64,000 bases of DNA, taken from contig OZ037772.1 in assembly GCA_964035545.1 (NCBI GenBank), positions 558,001-622,000 on the forward strand. The letters run 5' to 3'. The stretch comes from Bugula neritina (Eukaryota > Animalia > Bryozoa). Positions within the stretch are counted from its first letter, which is position 1. Every line of letters begins with the position of its first letter. The notes beneath the pieces are model-generated. The model did not search any database, was not told the DNA's origin, and saw only the letters and a list, made by a program, of their open reading frames with translations. Both the position numbers and the translations under genes were made by a program. This document shows, in pieces, positions 1 through 13,032 of the stretch.

Positions 1-660
1 TAGTTTATGTTACCAAGTTATATTACTAGTTTATGTTACCAAGTTATATTACTAGTTTATATTACCAAGTTATATTACTAGTTTATATCACCAAGTTATA
101 TTACTAGTTTATATTACCAAGTTATATTACTAGTTTATATTACCAAGTTATATTACTAGTTTATATTACCAAGTTATATTACTAGTTTATGTTACCAAGT
201 TATATTACTAGTTTATATTACCAAGTTATATTACTAGTTTATATTACCAAGTTATATTACTAGTTTATATCACCAAGTTATATTACTAGTTTATATTACC
301 AAGTTATATTACTAGTTTATATTACCAAGTTATATTACTAGTTTATATCACCAAGTTATATTACTAGTTTATGTTACCAAGTTATATTACTAGTTTATAT
401 TACCAAGTTATATTACTAGTTTATGTTACCAAGTTATATTACTAGTTTATATCACCAAGTTATATTACTAGTTTATATTACCAAGTTATCTTACTAGTTT
501 ATTTTACCAAGTTATATTACTAGTTTATATTACCAAGTTATATTACTAGTTTATGTTACCAAGTTATATTACTAGTTTATGTTACCAAGTTATATTACTA
601 GTTTATATTACCAAGTTATATTACTAGTTTATGTTAGCAAGTTATATTACTAGTTTATAC
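1..660. repeat. 26-bp tandem minisatellite (TAGTTTATRTTACCAAGTTATATTAC), ~25 copies, open at window start
   Basis: Unit directly visible with few substitutions. Confidence 0.97.
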
Positions 661-759
661 TGCTAGTATTCAACAACTACCCTCCAGCACATCTCAACTC
701 TGACGCACCTGCACTGACTAATCATCCGTATAGTTTATAGTTTTTGTTGAATTCTTCAG

Positions 760-1695
760 ACCCTGAGAACTGTGCGTGTGGCTTCACCTGCGAGTGTGGT
801 GCCTGTGTTGGGGTATGTGACCTTGACAGAGACTGTGGGAAGCTGCAGATCTGTTTGGAGAAAAGATGTTATCAGCAGGCCTCACCAGATGACAGAACTG
901 TTGTCTGGGATCTTTATCACTCAGAACTAGTAGAACGTTCTTCAGGTTTGAATGCGAAATCTTTGTTCTAAACTCTATTAGAGTTTAAAAGTGTTGCTGT
1001 CTGTTGTACTTATATCTGTGCTGGCCAGGATTTTTGAATGATTTTTGTTATGTATTTACGTAACAGAGTGTAACCTTAAAGCTGAATTTGCTTTATTTTC
1101 CACATATTTTGGTTTGCGATTTTTCAGTAGAAACGAGGCATCACACTTGGTGTGATTATCAGCATTTTTTGCAGGTGCTTCTATCCGTGTACTGACAACA
1201 CATCCTGTCCTAGTGATGGACAAATCTGTCACCATAGTGTCTGTAAAGAGGGCTGTCAGGTGAGTAGTCGCTATGACCTACACTGCGAGTTATTGATGAC
1301 TTTCATACTATGAGTTGTGACTGCCTACTATAATTTATACTGCGAGTCCAAGTAGCTGCTGTAACTTATGCTGTGAGTCATGACTAACTGAAATCACTTA
1401 TACTGTGAGTCATGACTAACTGATATCACTTATACTGTGAGTCAATTATCAAAAATAGCAAAGAAGTAGAGATATGTTGTGTATGTGAGATATGTGAGGT
1501 TATTTAGTGACTAGTTCGCTATTTATAGAGTTTTGTTTCTATTAATAGACTCTACTGAAAATGAACAATATGGATCTGAGTTTACTGAATGCATATCCAA
1601 CATATGCTATCAGCTTTATCCTCTCAACAATCCAGATCTTTCTGATGCTGAGCAGGACAGACTCTTTGATGATCGGCTGGATCTACAGAATGATG
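760..1695 (+). pseudogene. Exon-like segments encoding Cys-rich repeats, possibly the N-terminal part of the downstream collagen gene
   Basis: AG/GT-bounded segments: ~760-945 (PENCACGFTCECGACVGVCDLDRDCGKLQICLEKRC), 1175-1259 (CFYPCTDNTSCPSDGQICHHSVCKEGCQ, then GTGAG) and ~1636-1695 (DLSDAEQDRLFDDRLDLQND, then GTAAG). Intron phases do not join cleanly, so linkage is inferred. Confidence 0.5.
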
Positions 1696-1696
1696 G

Positions 1697-2095
1697 TAAG
1701 TTACTCTGTTAGTACAGTTACTCTGTTAGTACAGTTACTCTGTTAGTATAGTTACTCTGTTAATATAGTTACTGTGTTAGTATAGTTACTCTGTTAGTAT
1801 AGTTACTCTGTTAGTATAGTTACTCTGTTAGTATAGTTACTATGTTAGTATAGTTACTCTGTTAGTATAGTTACTCTGTTAGTATAGTTACTCTGTTAGT
1901 ACAGTTACTCTGTTAGTACAGTTACTCTGTTAGTATAGTTACTCTGTTAGTATAGTTACTCTGTTAGTATAATTACTCTGTTAGTATAGTTACTCTGTTA
2001 GTATAGTTACTCTGTTAGTATAGTTACTCTGTTAGTATAGTTACTCTGTTAGTATAGTTACTCTGTTAGTATAGTTACTCTGTTAGTATAGTTAC
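1697..2095. repeat. 17-bp intronic minisatellite (GTTACTCTGTTAGTATA)
   Basis: ~23 near-identical copies starting directly at the GTAAG donor at 1696. Confidence 0.95.
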
Positions 2096-2205
2096 AGTAA
2101 CAGTTTGCTAGTCATAATAACTTGCACTGTTAGTTGCTGGACAAGTTATTCTACATCTCTTGTAGCCACAACCAAAGTGGTGTCTATATATTCTGCTAGT
2201 GACTT

Positions 2206-2675
2206 GAGTAATGACTCATATGTAATTGTAATTAATTACATATCTAATGTAATTGATTTTTGCAATTACTTTACAATTACATCTCAATTACTTTAAACTT
2301 TTAAATCTTAAAATCTTAAGAAATTTATTCTTTTTTAGCATGACTACTGTTAAATAACAAGTACAGATTAAGTCAATGTAGTATAGTATCAGTGTTGAGA
2401 ACAAAGCACGTTCACCACTGTCAAAATTGCCCCTGCTAGGTGGACCCTAGAGGTGAAATTGCATAACTTCCAATTGTCCTTTGTGAGAACAAAAGTAATT
2501 GTAATTGTAATTATTTGCATTGCCATGTAATTGTAATTAATTGCTTTACAATGTAGTTTTGTACTGTAATTAATTACATTTATTTCAACTGTAATTATAA
2601 TTATAATTGTAATTGACAAATTCTCATGTAATTGTAATTAGTTACATTCACATGTAATTGACCCCAACAACCCTG
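2206..2675. mobile_element. Non-autonomous hAT-like MITE with GTAATT/AATTAC subterminal repeats
   Basis: Dense GTAATTGTAATT/AATTAC motifs at both ends, ending GTAATTGACCCCAAC..CCCTG as in common animal hAT MITEs. Left terminus degenerate. A related end lies at ~40760-40855. Confidence 0.55.
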
Positions 2676-3726
2676 GTTTATTATGGAGCTCATACTTTTA
2701 TTGTTCAAGGTCTAGATGTATTCTCCACCATGTTTTTACTAGAAGTAAACTTTAATTTGGTAATAAGTATAAAATAAACTGTTGTTTCGCATTGTACAGT
2801 TTACTATTGCCTGAATATTGTATTGAGAATATTGGCTTAACAATTCCAGTGCAGCGATGTGATTGGCCTGACAATATCAAAGTAGTGATGTGATTGGCTA
2901 CTCTGTTCTGTTCTGCAGGGCCATGCCTACTTGTATTATGTGTTAATCTTGTTTTGCAGTGAACAGAAAGGAGAATGGGTCCCAAAAGACACCCGGGATC
3001 TTACCATGGAGAGGAAGGGTTCACCCGATGTTGATGGCCTGCCTGGTATATCCAGCAATCCTGGAGATGCAGGAGAAAGGAGACCACCTTGTTTCCCAGG
3101 AGATACCGGACTTTTTGGAGAACCAGGTAATGTTTATGCTCAATTGAGTTTAATCTGTCAAGTTATGTTGGGATCTTTTTCGTTTTCGTTATTTTATGTT
3201 TGTTACGTGGAAAAAGGAAAAAACTCTGTCTTGGAGCATTTTGGTTTTTTCAGAGAGCTTTGGATTATTTGATTATGGTCTACACAGGGGTGTAGACAAA
3301 CTAAACTAGACAGGGGTGTAGACAAACTAAACTAGACAGGGGTGTAGACAGACCAAACTACACAGGGCTGTAGACAGACTAGACTAACCAGTGGTCTAGA
3401 TGGACTAAACCTCCTACGAACTTACAATTACCTTGCGTCATGACGTCTCTATTCTCTCCTATAATTTGACCTTTATTTAGGGAGCAGATTTCTAGTAGGC
3501 TATTCTATAGTGGCCAGTCACACTGTTTATTATAGCAACATAGAAATCAAGTTGAAAACTAGTTGCACCTGTTGTGATGCTATCACTGGGTGCTTACAGG
3601 TAGAGGTGGAGTACCTGGACCTGTTCAGATCGAATATCGAGGTAAACAAGGAGATCAAGGTCCTGCAGGTAAGAATGAGGAGTTACTTGCCCTTGCTTGT
3701 GTATTTCTGTTCTTTTTAGGTATTCT

Positions 3727-3875
3727 ATAATATGCTGGGGTTTCCCTCACAGCTATTATATATGCTGGAATTCCCCTCACACCTATGATATATGCCGGGG
3801 TTTCCCTCACAGCTATGCTATATGCCGGGGTTTCCCTCACAGATATGCTATATGCTGGGGTTCTCCTCACAGCTA
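3727..3875. repeat. 30-bp intronic tandem repeat, ~5 copies
   Basis: TATGCYGGGGTTTCCCTCACAGCTATRMTA-like unit. Confidence 0.85.
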
Positions 3876-6584
3876 GTCTGCACTAAGGCAGGGAGTAAGC
3901 TAAGTAATCATATTGAATCCCAGCAGTGCTTGTTACTTCAACTGACAGGATTACTATGTATGATAGTTGCTCTGACTGGTTTCAATGGATCATTTTTACC
4001 ATACTGTTTACCACATGATGCATTGTCTTAGTAAAAACAAGAAAACAAAGAAATATACCAGAAATGTTGAGAAATGTGGTGTTCCAGAATTAATAAATGA
4101 CCACTTGTAATGCATACTGGTGCTGCTTGGTTCATAGGACCTGTCGAACAAGCTGGAGAACCTGGTCTGGATGGCAGAAATGGAAAGACAGGAGAAACTG
4201 CACGAACTGGTATGCCTGGTCCAACCGGCTCAAGGGGGGTCACTGGAGAACCCGGATCTGATGGAAGGTATTTTTTGTGTTTCACTTCGCTCTATTCAGC
4301 TTCTTGAAACTTTTTATTTGATTTAGTTTCTATAATTTGTTGTCAATTTTTTCAGAGACGGTTTACCTGGAGTACTGGGTGCTGATGGTAGACCTGGGGA
4401 GCAGGGTGATCAAGGACCTCCTGGCTCCATGGGTCCAGTGGGAATCCCCGGTAACCAGGGACCTGAAGGTGCTCAAGGAGACAAGGGTGATAACGTAAGA
4501 ACATTCTTTATTCAGTTTTCTTTTTATTTCAGTTCTCTGGTTTTCCACTAGTCAATCCTGTAGTTGTTTATTTGTTTTAGTTTATTTATGTTAATACTAG
4601 AGTTGCTTCAGTGACATCACATGATGTAATATATTACACAACAATGCAGTATAATACACCATAATATAATATGTTATACAATACAATAATATTACAGAAA
4701 ATATAATTCACTAATATCTCACAGTTAAGTTGTGTCTCCTAAATATATTTATTACTATAGGGGCCAGCTGGGCCACAGGGTGCTTCTGGACCAACTGGAT
4801 TGTCTGGGCCAACTGGTCCTCAGGGCCCCACGGAGCTTCCGGGAATTCCCGGCGAACAAGGACCTAAGGTATGAATTAAGTTGAACCAATCTTTGTCCTT
4901 AGTTATTGGCCATCAACAGAATCTTGACTCTAAGAGTTATCCTTCCTAGTAAGAAGGTAAGGCAATTCCTAACTCATGATAATATGAATATCATCTGCTG
5001 TTGTAGGACCCACTGGTTTCCAGGGACCGCAGGGATTCCTTGGAGCTCCTGGTGTTGATGGTTAAAGGGGAGATGTTGGATCAGTTGGTATTGCTGGACC
5101 ACCTGGGCTACGGGGTGCTGACGGCAAACAAGGAATTACTGGTTCTCCTGGTGCTATGGGTGCTATGGGACCACCTGGACCTGATGGTGCTAAGGTAAAC
5201 ACTTACACTGTTAACAGGTTATTGTTATTCATCTTGTTAGTTTAGTGGTAATAAACCAATAGTCTGTATTTCTAGGGTGAGCAAAGGAGAGATGGGGAAA
5301 TGGGTAGTCCCGGCAGACCTGGACCTCCTGGACCACCTGGTGAAGCCCCAGTATTTGGTTAGTTATTAGCAAAACCAAGTTATTGTCCATTACTTGTATC
5401 TTTTTCATTTTCTTTCAACTGTTTATTGGTAATATTTTGGGAATTTCATCCATAGCCTGTGATTGAAGCTTTTATTTTATTCTACCAGGGTTATGTTAGG
5501 TGCGCCCCCTATGATGATGAGTGCAATGATGTCCAACGGTAAAGGTGTACAAGCAGATGATGCAGGCGCCAACAATGAGCTCTATAATATGTACCTCAGT
5601 GAGTAATGGCCATGATGTGCTTTGATGTTGCCTGCTTTGTAGCGGAAAAGCTCTTTTAAACGCTGTTTTGGAACTCAAATGACGGACCTGTTTCAAATTG
5701 TTTGTGTTTTTGCAGACAAACATTTTTATAATTAACTGCTAGAAACTATTGTAATAAAAATATAGACAGCTGTTATAATGTATTTCTCCTCCTAGCATTG
5801 ATGATTGACATTCTTGTTTGATGAGTCACGTATTTAGTTCGCTTCTTCAGTCAAATGTTGCTACATTCTGACAGATTATATAATGTTGATTTTATTGCTG
5901 TTAGCTTACATAACTACTTCCACCTTATTTCTCTAGAAACAAAAGTAAGGGATGGGTCCAAAGACAGCCCCGTTAGAGACTGTAGAGAACTCTTCACTGA
6001 AAACCCAGAGTTCAAGAGTGGAACTTATTGGGTGAGAGAAGATGCTGATATGTTTCTATTTTCTCTGCTCAGAGGAAATCTGCATCCAAGTCTAATGACT
6101 GAAATTTTGTGAACATGTTTTACATTCTACAATTACTACTCCTGAGATGTCAATATAATGTCATGTGAAGTTTCCACAGATATTTAATGAATTGTTGTTT
6201 AGGAAGAAGAGTTTTCCCATGAGTTGCCTGTAATATATAATTCTGTAGATTCAACAGCTGAACATGTTTTAGTAGTTTTATTTGATATTAGCATTGTGTT
6301 GGTGTGAAATAGAGAAGTTGTATTCTCTATTGTTTGTTGTCAGGTGGATCCAGATGGTGGCTCCATAGCTAATGCTATTCAGGCTTACTGTCGCAAGGAA
6401 ATGAAGAGCACTTGTATCAATGCCAAGACCTCCGAGTTTACCACCAAATCGTACATCACCCAGCAGCTAGATAATCAGCCATTTGTTGCTAAGCACATGG
6501 GAACAACAATTGTGAGTGTTTATCTTGCATCAACCATGACTTTCTCAGTAATACTTGAGAATATTCAAAAGTTTTATGTTGAGA

Positions 6585-6760
6585 ATTGTCGCTATAGTAA
6601 CATATTTGTTCACTGTATGGATGTTGATAAGTGTTGCTATAGTAACATGTGGGTTTCCTGTATGGATGTTGATAAGTGTTGCTATAGTAACTTGTTGGTT
6701 TCCTGTGTGGATGTTGATGAGTGTTGCTATAGTAACATGTTTATTTCCTGTATGGATTGT
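6585..6760. repeat. 45-bp intronic tandem repeat, ~4 copies, ending at the acceptor AG at 6761
   Basis: TGTTGCTATAGTAACATGTGGGTTTCCTGTATGGATGTTGATAAG-like unit. Confidence 0.85.
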
Positions 6761-8519
6761 AGTTTGAGTATCAGGCAGAGTTTTCCCAACTCAACTTCCT
6801 TCGAATTCACTCTGAGAGAGCAAAGCAAACCCTGACTTACAGGTAATAGTCACTGCTAGCAGCTTATCAAATAGTCACAAGTCGCTAGTCACCAGATACT
6901 AGTCCTCTACTATGTTGCTAGTCAGTTGATAATCTGAACAATCACTGGCTTCTTCTTAAGCTGAGCGAGTTGTTGGCATGACTATTCCTTTTGCTTTTTG
7001 TAGATGTATAAACTCAGTGGCAGTAGAAGACGCATTCGGTAGGAAGAATAAGTCAGTCATTTTATATACAGCTGGTGATAAAGAATACACAGCAACAGAT
7101 AGCAGGTTTCAATATTCAGTGCTGCAGGATGATTGCAAGGTATGTAAATCTGACCTGTATAATGTAAATCTGATCTATATAGTGTAATTTTGACCTATAT
7201 AGTGTAAACCTGATCTATATTGTGTAAATCTGACTTATATAGTGTAAATATGACCTGCATATGCGCATGATTGCGATAGTTGCATCTTTTGTTTTATTAA
7301 TTTACTGTGGAGCTTGCCTTTGAGGCTTGTAATAAATGTTTACGAGTTCAACCCAAAAGCCACTTTGAGTGATGTACGAGTTTAGAGTTTTGAGTTTGCC
7401 GTCTGCCATTTTGTAGTATTCCAAATCATCAGAAGCTCAGACAGTGATTGAGATTGACACCAAGACCGCCACCCACTTGCCTATTATTGACATTGCTCCT
7501 GGTGACATCGGGACCACCCACAAAGAGTTTGGGGTTCAACTTGGAGAAGTCTGCTTTTTATAGACTCATATCTAACAACAGTGTTATTTGGCTGATTTGT
7601 AAGACTGTCCCTGATTAGATAATTAGTGGCCAATGTTGGTTGGCTGAGACCAGCAGTCTGATTCTTATATAACCTAATTTTTGAATGAAATATTTGATTA
7701 CTCTAAATAAATTTATCAGAGACTTCCAAGGCAGTGATGGTGATTTTTGTACATATAAATTTGAAGAAGTTTAGCTATAGGGTTTATACTGTTTTCATTA
7801 ATTACTCCACCATAACCTGAGATTGTGAGTAGTCATTCTAGAATGAGGTAGGGAGGGTGTAATGCCTCTCCCTATGACTTTATGTATTTAGAAACTGTTG
7901 TTAATTTAGTAATTCTGTTGGTGTTATATTTTTAAATTCATTTAATCCAACCATTTCTCTATTACAAAATATATTTTACCATAAGGTGCTACACAATTTA
8001 TTTCTCAGCTTGTAGATTTCATCATCAAAATTATTGAAGTAATAAAATTGGTCCAGAATTTGAAAGAAGCTGCAGTTTTCAGATCTGATTATTTAACCTA
8101 TTTATCCTGAAATTAGACATTGTTAGTTTAAAATGGAGTGTAACATATATTTTAGTCACTTAGTTCCAACTGTGTTGACCATATCAATATTTTAAATTTT
8201 ACTTTGGCTGCTATGAAGTACATAAGTAAATGGCATTAAATTTCACCGGTCACATCATCTTGTAAAAGTTAATTGTAAATAAAAGTAAATTTCAAGTGTT
8301 TTTGAGAAGCTACAGGTTTGTATGTTTGAACAAATGAAACATAATGTTCCTTAATGTCAAGATTCTGCTTATACCACAATACCATAAACATTGTGACTCT
8401 GTCAGTAGCCAAAAGAAGTGATGAAAAAACTTGTTTACTGACACGACGACTAAATTTTATAAATATCATACACGATTTAAAGATGCTGTCCTGCTGCTGC
8501 TGGGACGGCAGGAAAATCT

Positions 8520-10295
8520 ACGAGAATCTGGAATGAGACTTTGGCAGAGTCAGACTTGGGCTCGCATTTGAAAGACTTGTTACTGAAACCAGAAACAATA
8601 AATATCAAAATTGTCTAATTTTCAGGTTTCTGGGAAATTTCTTTAGATGTATTTCTGAAACTAACAATGTTTTACTAACCTTCATGTCAGGAGTTCTCTT
8701 CATCATTGTTGTACAGACTTTGAATACTGTCACATATCAACTGGAAACACACATTACAATCATTAACTCAAGCACAATCAACATAGAAGTTTAGCAATTA
8801 CCAGTGAGCGTTGAAAGAATTTCAACATGATTGAAAACTTTTCCAAATAAATTATAAGTCTACAAACTGTTTTTGATCTAGCAATGAGCCATTTAATTTC
8901 GATACATAGTGGTGATCGCTTAGCTAGGATCTTGGTTGGGGGGGGGTGGTTTCTATTCCTGCCATTGTTTCTGCCCATCTCAGTGTCTCTGCTACACACT
9001 CCTATGTAACAGATGTATGAGTTATATCCATTATCCTGTATGCCTTCAGCACATATATGTCATACATCCATATTGTATCTTATCACAGTGGTAACTGGTA
9101 TAAAATGTATCACCTTATATGCGTCAAATTGCGTGACTATCAGCTTCTTCTGAATAGTCAAACTTTGCACTTTGGCTTCAGCCTTCGTCATTCGAGAATA
9201 TAACTGAGAAACAACATCCTGCCAATAGGAAAACAGATAGCAGCGCGATTCTTTCAAATTTTGTCAAACACAGAAAAGTTTAACTCGTGAAAACACAGCA
9301 CTAATTAAACAGGGAGAACTATTATATTAATTCAAGGGAACCGTTAGGTTACAACTCGTTAGCAAAGTGGGTATCTCGAGGATCTTGTATTGGTGAACTT
9401 CAGCCTATAAATGGCTCGTTTTACTCTTTTGCTCACAAAGTTTATCAACAAGATAGAAAAGCTTAACATATTCACTAGAAGAAGATTGTATCTGCTAAAG
9501 ACTATGTCCAGCTATTATAGATTGTAGATTGTATCTACAATCACATGGCACACTCACAGTAAACTTGTTAGATTATTACTAAGCAGTGAACTTCAATCTA
9601 TTAGGCAGAGTGTTAACAAAGAAAGCCACTTCTAACAATTGCATATCTGTTGAGAATAGCTCACTGCGGCCGGCTAAAGACTATGTCCAGCTATTATACA
9701 CACTTTAGTCACAAATAATTAATTATATTTCAACTGCAACATGCGAGGATTTGGTAACATACATTAGCCCTGGCGATATGTTTTCTCATCTTGATAATAT
9801 CCCATTATTGAAAGGCTATCATTCGCCCCTTCTTAGCGACAAGTGCCTTAGCAGCTTCCAGTTCAATTTTCAGTGTGCCATTGATGCTCTCCGCATCTGT
9901 CATGGAGTCACTAATCTGCTGCATAGACACCTGCTGCTCGGCTAATTCTTTTTAAACTGTGAACAACTCACACTTAGCCTTCAACTTGTCCTGCAACTGG
10001 CCAACTTCTTCTCGCAGAGTTCCGGAAGTCTGTTTCTCAACCAATAGCTGTGTTCGCAGGTCACAATACACAATGTTATATATGTTATATACATGTGTTA
10101 TATATGTTATATATGTTATATGTGTTATATATGTACTAATTGCCTCTTTATATTGGAAACTCGGTTTCTTTACTGCATAACCAATTGTGAAACAACACTG
10201 ATGTTTCAAACACAGCACGCTTAGCGCATTTCAAAATCATTTGAAAAAATGGGACATTTTCAAATTGATGTACGTTGATTGACTGAATAGTTTAG

Positions 10296-10371
<76 letters not shown>

Positions 10372-11799
10372 AGTAGAAGAACTAACTAACCTCCTCTGCT
10401 TTCCTCTCCAGCTTATCCTGCAACACATGACGCTCTTCAATCAAAGTCTCCTCTCTGGAAGCCTCCTCTGATTTGATGGCGATTTTACATTTCAGGGCTT
10501 CCAGCTGGACCTTCAGCATGCTGATCGTATGGAAGTGCTCATAACACTGAACTTTCTAAAATTCATCATTGAAACTATTTCTTGAGCCTTAAAGGATAAT
10601 ACAGTCACAGTATAACTCATTATGCATTCTATAAATCAAATTACAAACAAATCAATATCTAATAATTATGATGACAGTCAACATCTCCAATATTCTTATT
10701 AGACTTTTATATTCTATAACATATTGTATTTATTACACTGCAATATAAAACCAAAACCTATACTGAAATTTATACCTGCGAATGAAGATCAGCTTCTTGA
10801 CTTTTACACTGGTCTAGAAGGGTGTTGACTTGTGAGCCTCTTTCTTTAGCTGAAGCTAATAGTTGTTCTTCCAAAGTCCACAATAAGTAACGCAAAAATA
10901 CATACATAATTGTGTGAGGAAGTCATTGTGCAAAGAGGGCCAGGTTAAATGATACTGCTATAAAGACAAACTATGCACCAACCACAGAAGGAAGTGGGTT
11001 ATAAGTGAACATTTCTAGAGCACTCAAGTAGAAGCGTCTACACCTGGATTACTTTAAGAAACAGAATGACTGACTGATTTATACCTTTACAATTTCCTCA
11101 TACTCATTGAGTCTCCTCTCATACTCTGACTGTAATTGAACATTTTCTGATGCAAGTTGGCTGTTCAAAGTGATCAACTCTAAGACAACACATGCTTTCT
11201 CAGACAACTAAAGGCCATATAGGCTTCTATCCAACTTACACTGTGAGATTAGGATAAATTAAGTGAGCATTTCAACACCACAATAAGCAGTATTAGAACT
11301 ATCCACTTTCATGCAAATAGTTTCATTGAATCCATTGCTGCATGAATGTAGTGGAAAACAGAAAGATACGGAAATTAAAAAGGAGACATAGGCTATACAT
11401 TTGATAGGTTTAGTGAAACCAACACAGAACCCACACTTCAAGTCACTATTTCTATTATTACAACAGAATAAGGAACATCAGTAAGTAAATATAAAAAGTA
11501 TCTGTTCTCAAGTCCAAACCGCCATCTGCCATCTTGGAGTCAAAACTTTTCCTTTTCTCGTGTGGGGTAGTTGTGCCTGCATCTCCACAGGAAAAAGCAG
11601 TATTAACATTACTGGCTCCACCCACATTACTGGCTCCACCCACATTACTGGCTCCATCCACATTACTGGCTCCACCCACATTACCGGCTCCACCCACATT
11701 ACTGGCTCCACCCACATTACTGGCTCTACCCACATTACTGGCTCTACCCACCTTACTGGGTTCACCCACATTACTGGCTCCACCTACATTGCTATCACC
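8520..11799 (-). pseudogene. Multi-exon coiled-coil protein gene, disrupted, unidentified
   Basis: Minus-strand exon-like segments: ~11799-11520 ((SNVGGA)n), 11180-11086 (ELITLNSQLASENVQLQSEYERRLNEYEEIVK), ~10878-10776 (TLEEQLLASAKERG; acceptor reads GG), 10554-10391 (LKVQLEALKCK..LQDKLERKAEE), ~10048-9974, 9942-9774 (frameshift and stops), 9220-9114, 8740-8680 (in-frame TGA) and 8584-8520. Confidence 0.65.
11607..11790. repeat. 18-bp tandem repeat (CATTACTGGCTCCACCCA), ~10 copies
   Basis: Reads (SNVGGA)n on the minus strand directly after a TTTCAG acceptor; explains the four overlapping ORFs in the track. Confidence 0.92.
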
Positions 11800-12805
11800 T
11801 GAAACAATAATTTATAATATATAACACAAAAACAATTTTATTAAGAACTTATTGATGTTATTGATGTTGAGTTCTAGTCTGTACTTCTCCTTCAGCTGTT
11901 CATCACATCTCAACAGTACAATAGATCAATAATTTAAAGATTAAAATTTAATTTAATAAATAATTTTAAACGCTATATCACTGAATGATACATAGCTTGA
12001 AAATGAAACTACAACACAATAATTTTTAGCTATGTGTCAAAGTTCTATGAAATAAGTTATATATAAGCAGCAGAATTAGGCAATCTAAACCTGAGTCTCT
12101 GTATAACTTGGTTTTCTCTCCACTTTATTGTAATGGTACAAAAATTGATCTCAAAAAGTTGTTAGTGTTCATTTGAAATAATAACTTTAGCCGAAAACCC
12201 TATCAAGAAAAAAGCTTTTTCTAGTAGGTGCAGCATTGCACAAGTTTTATTTCTTTAGGTAATCTGAAAACCCAACTTAGGCTATGTGGAGACAATGTTT
12301 GTTTATTTGAATTTATGACATGGTTACTTGAGAAAGACATTCTTTCAACTTTTTAGGAGTACTTTGATGAAATTTGTCTAAATTACACAAAAATTCTGCT
12401 GATTCTTATATAATGGTAAGACAACAACCTGACTGGTACTTCTTATCAGCTTCAAGAGTTTGGACTTTATCAGCCATGTTGATGGTGGACTTGTGTTCTT
12501 GTAATACAGAAGGCAGTATATCAGCTCAACTAACCAATGACTTGCAGCACAGAGCAGGGTAAGACTGTAGGCATTGTCAAAGCTTTTAGTGAAATGTTCT
12601 TGATGAAAGCTTTTGGCAATAGCTTTCTGGCTGTTAACTTTTTGTTGAGTTGCCATCCTGCATCTGTGCATCTACACCATTCAGCATTCTCACTCACATT
12701 AACAATTATTTTGCACCTTCTAATTAAAGGAAAAGGAATAGAGAAATGAGTAGTACAGCCAACTAAGTCTGCCTCAATTCTGTCTTTACTAAAACCTGAT
12801 TGCAT

Positions 12806-13005
12806 ACAGTGTAAGTATACTGTGTAGGTATATATAGTGTAAGTATACTGCGTAGGTATATAGTGTAAGTATACTGTGTAGGTACACAGTGTAAGTATAC
12901 TGTGTAGGTATATAGTGTAAGTGTACTGTGTAGGTACACAGTGTAATTATGTAGTGTAGGTATGTAGTGTAAGTATACTGTGTATGTAAACAGTGTAAGT
13001 ATGTA
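12806..13005. repeat. ~26-bp tandem repeat (AGTGTAAGTATACTGTGTAGGTAYAY)
   Basis: ~7 visible copies. Confidence 0.85.
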
Positions 13006-13032
13006 GTATGTAGTATGATACTGCTATTCTAG

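Larger units (their letters stand above)
2959..7563 (+). pseudogene. Fibrillar collagen gene (Gly-X-Y exons, C-telopeptide, COLFI C-propeptide), probably pseudogenised
   Basis: Gly-X-Y exons at ~2959-3127, 3600-3668, 4138-4267, 4356-4494, 4761-4868 (108 bp), 5008-5193 and 5276-5357. Telopeptide exon ~5500-5598 contains QADDA. COLFI exons 5937-6031 (DGSKDSPVRDCREL..SGTYW), 6344-6511 (VDPDGGSIANAIQAYC), 6763-6842 (QLNFLRIHSERAKQTLTY), 7004-7139 (CINSVA..VLQDDCK) and 7417-7563 (LPIIDIAPGDIG..FGVQLGEVCFL*). In-frame TAA at 5063-5065. Confidence 0.88.

Noticed and set aside
5063-5065. Stop-codon recoding in the collagen
   Set aside because: TAA is not a selenocysteine codon, other genes here end in standard stops, and the surrounding Gly substitutions point to decay.
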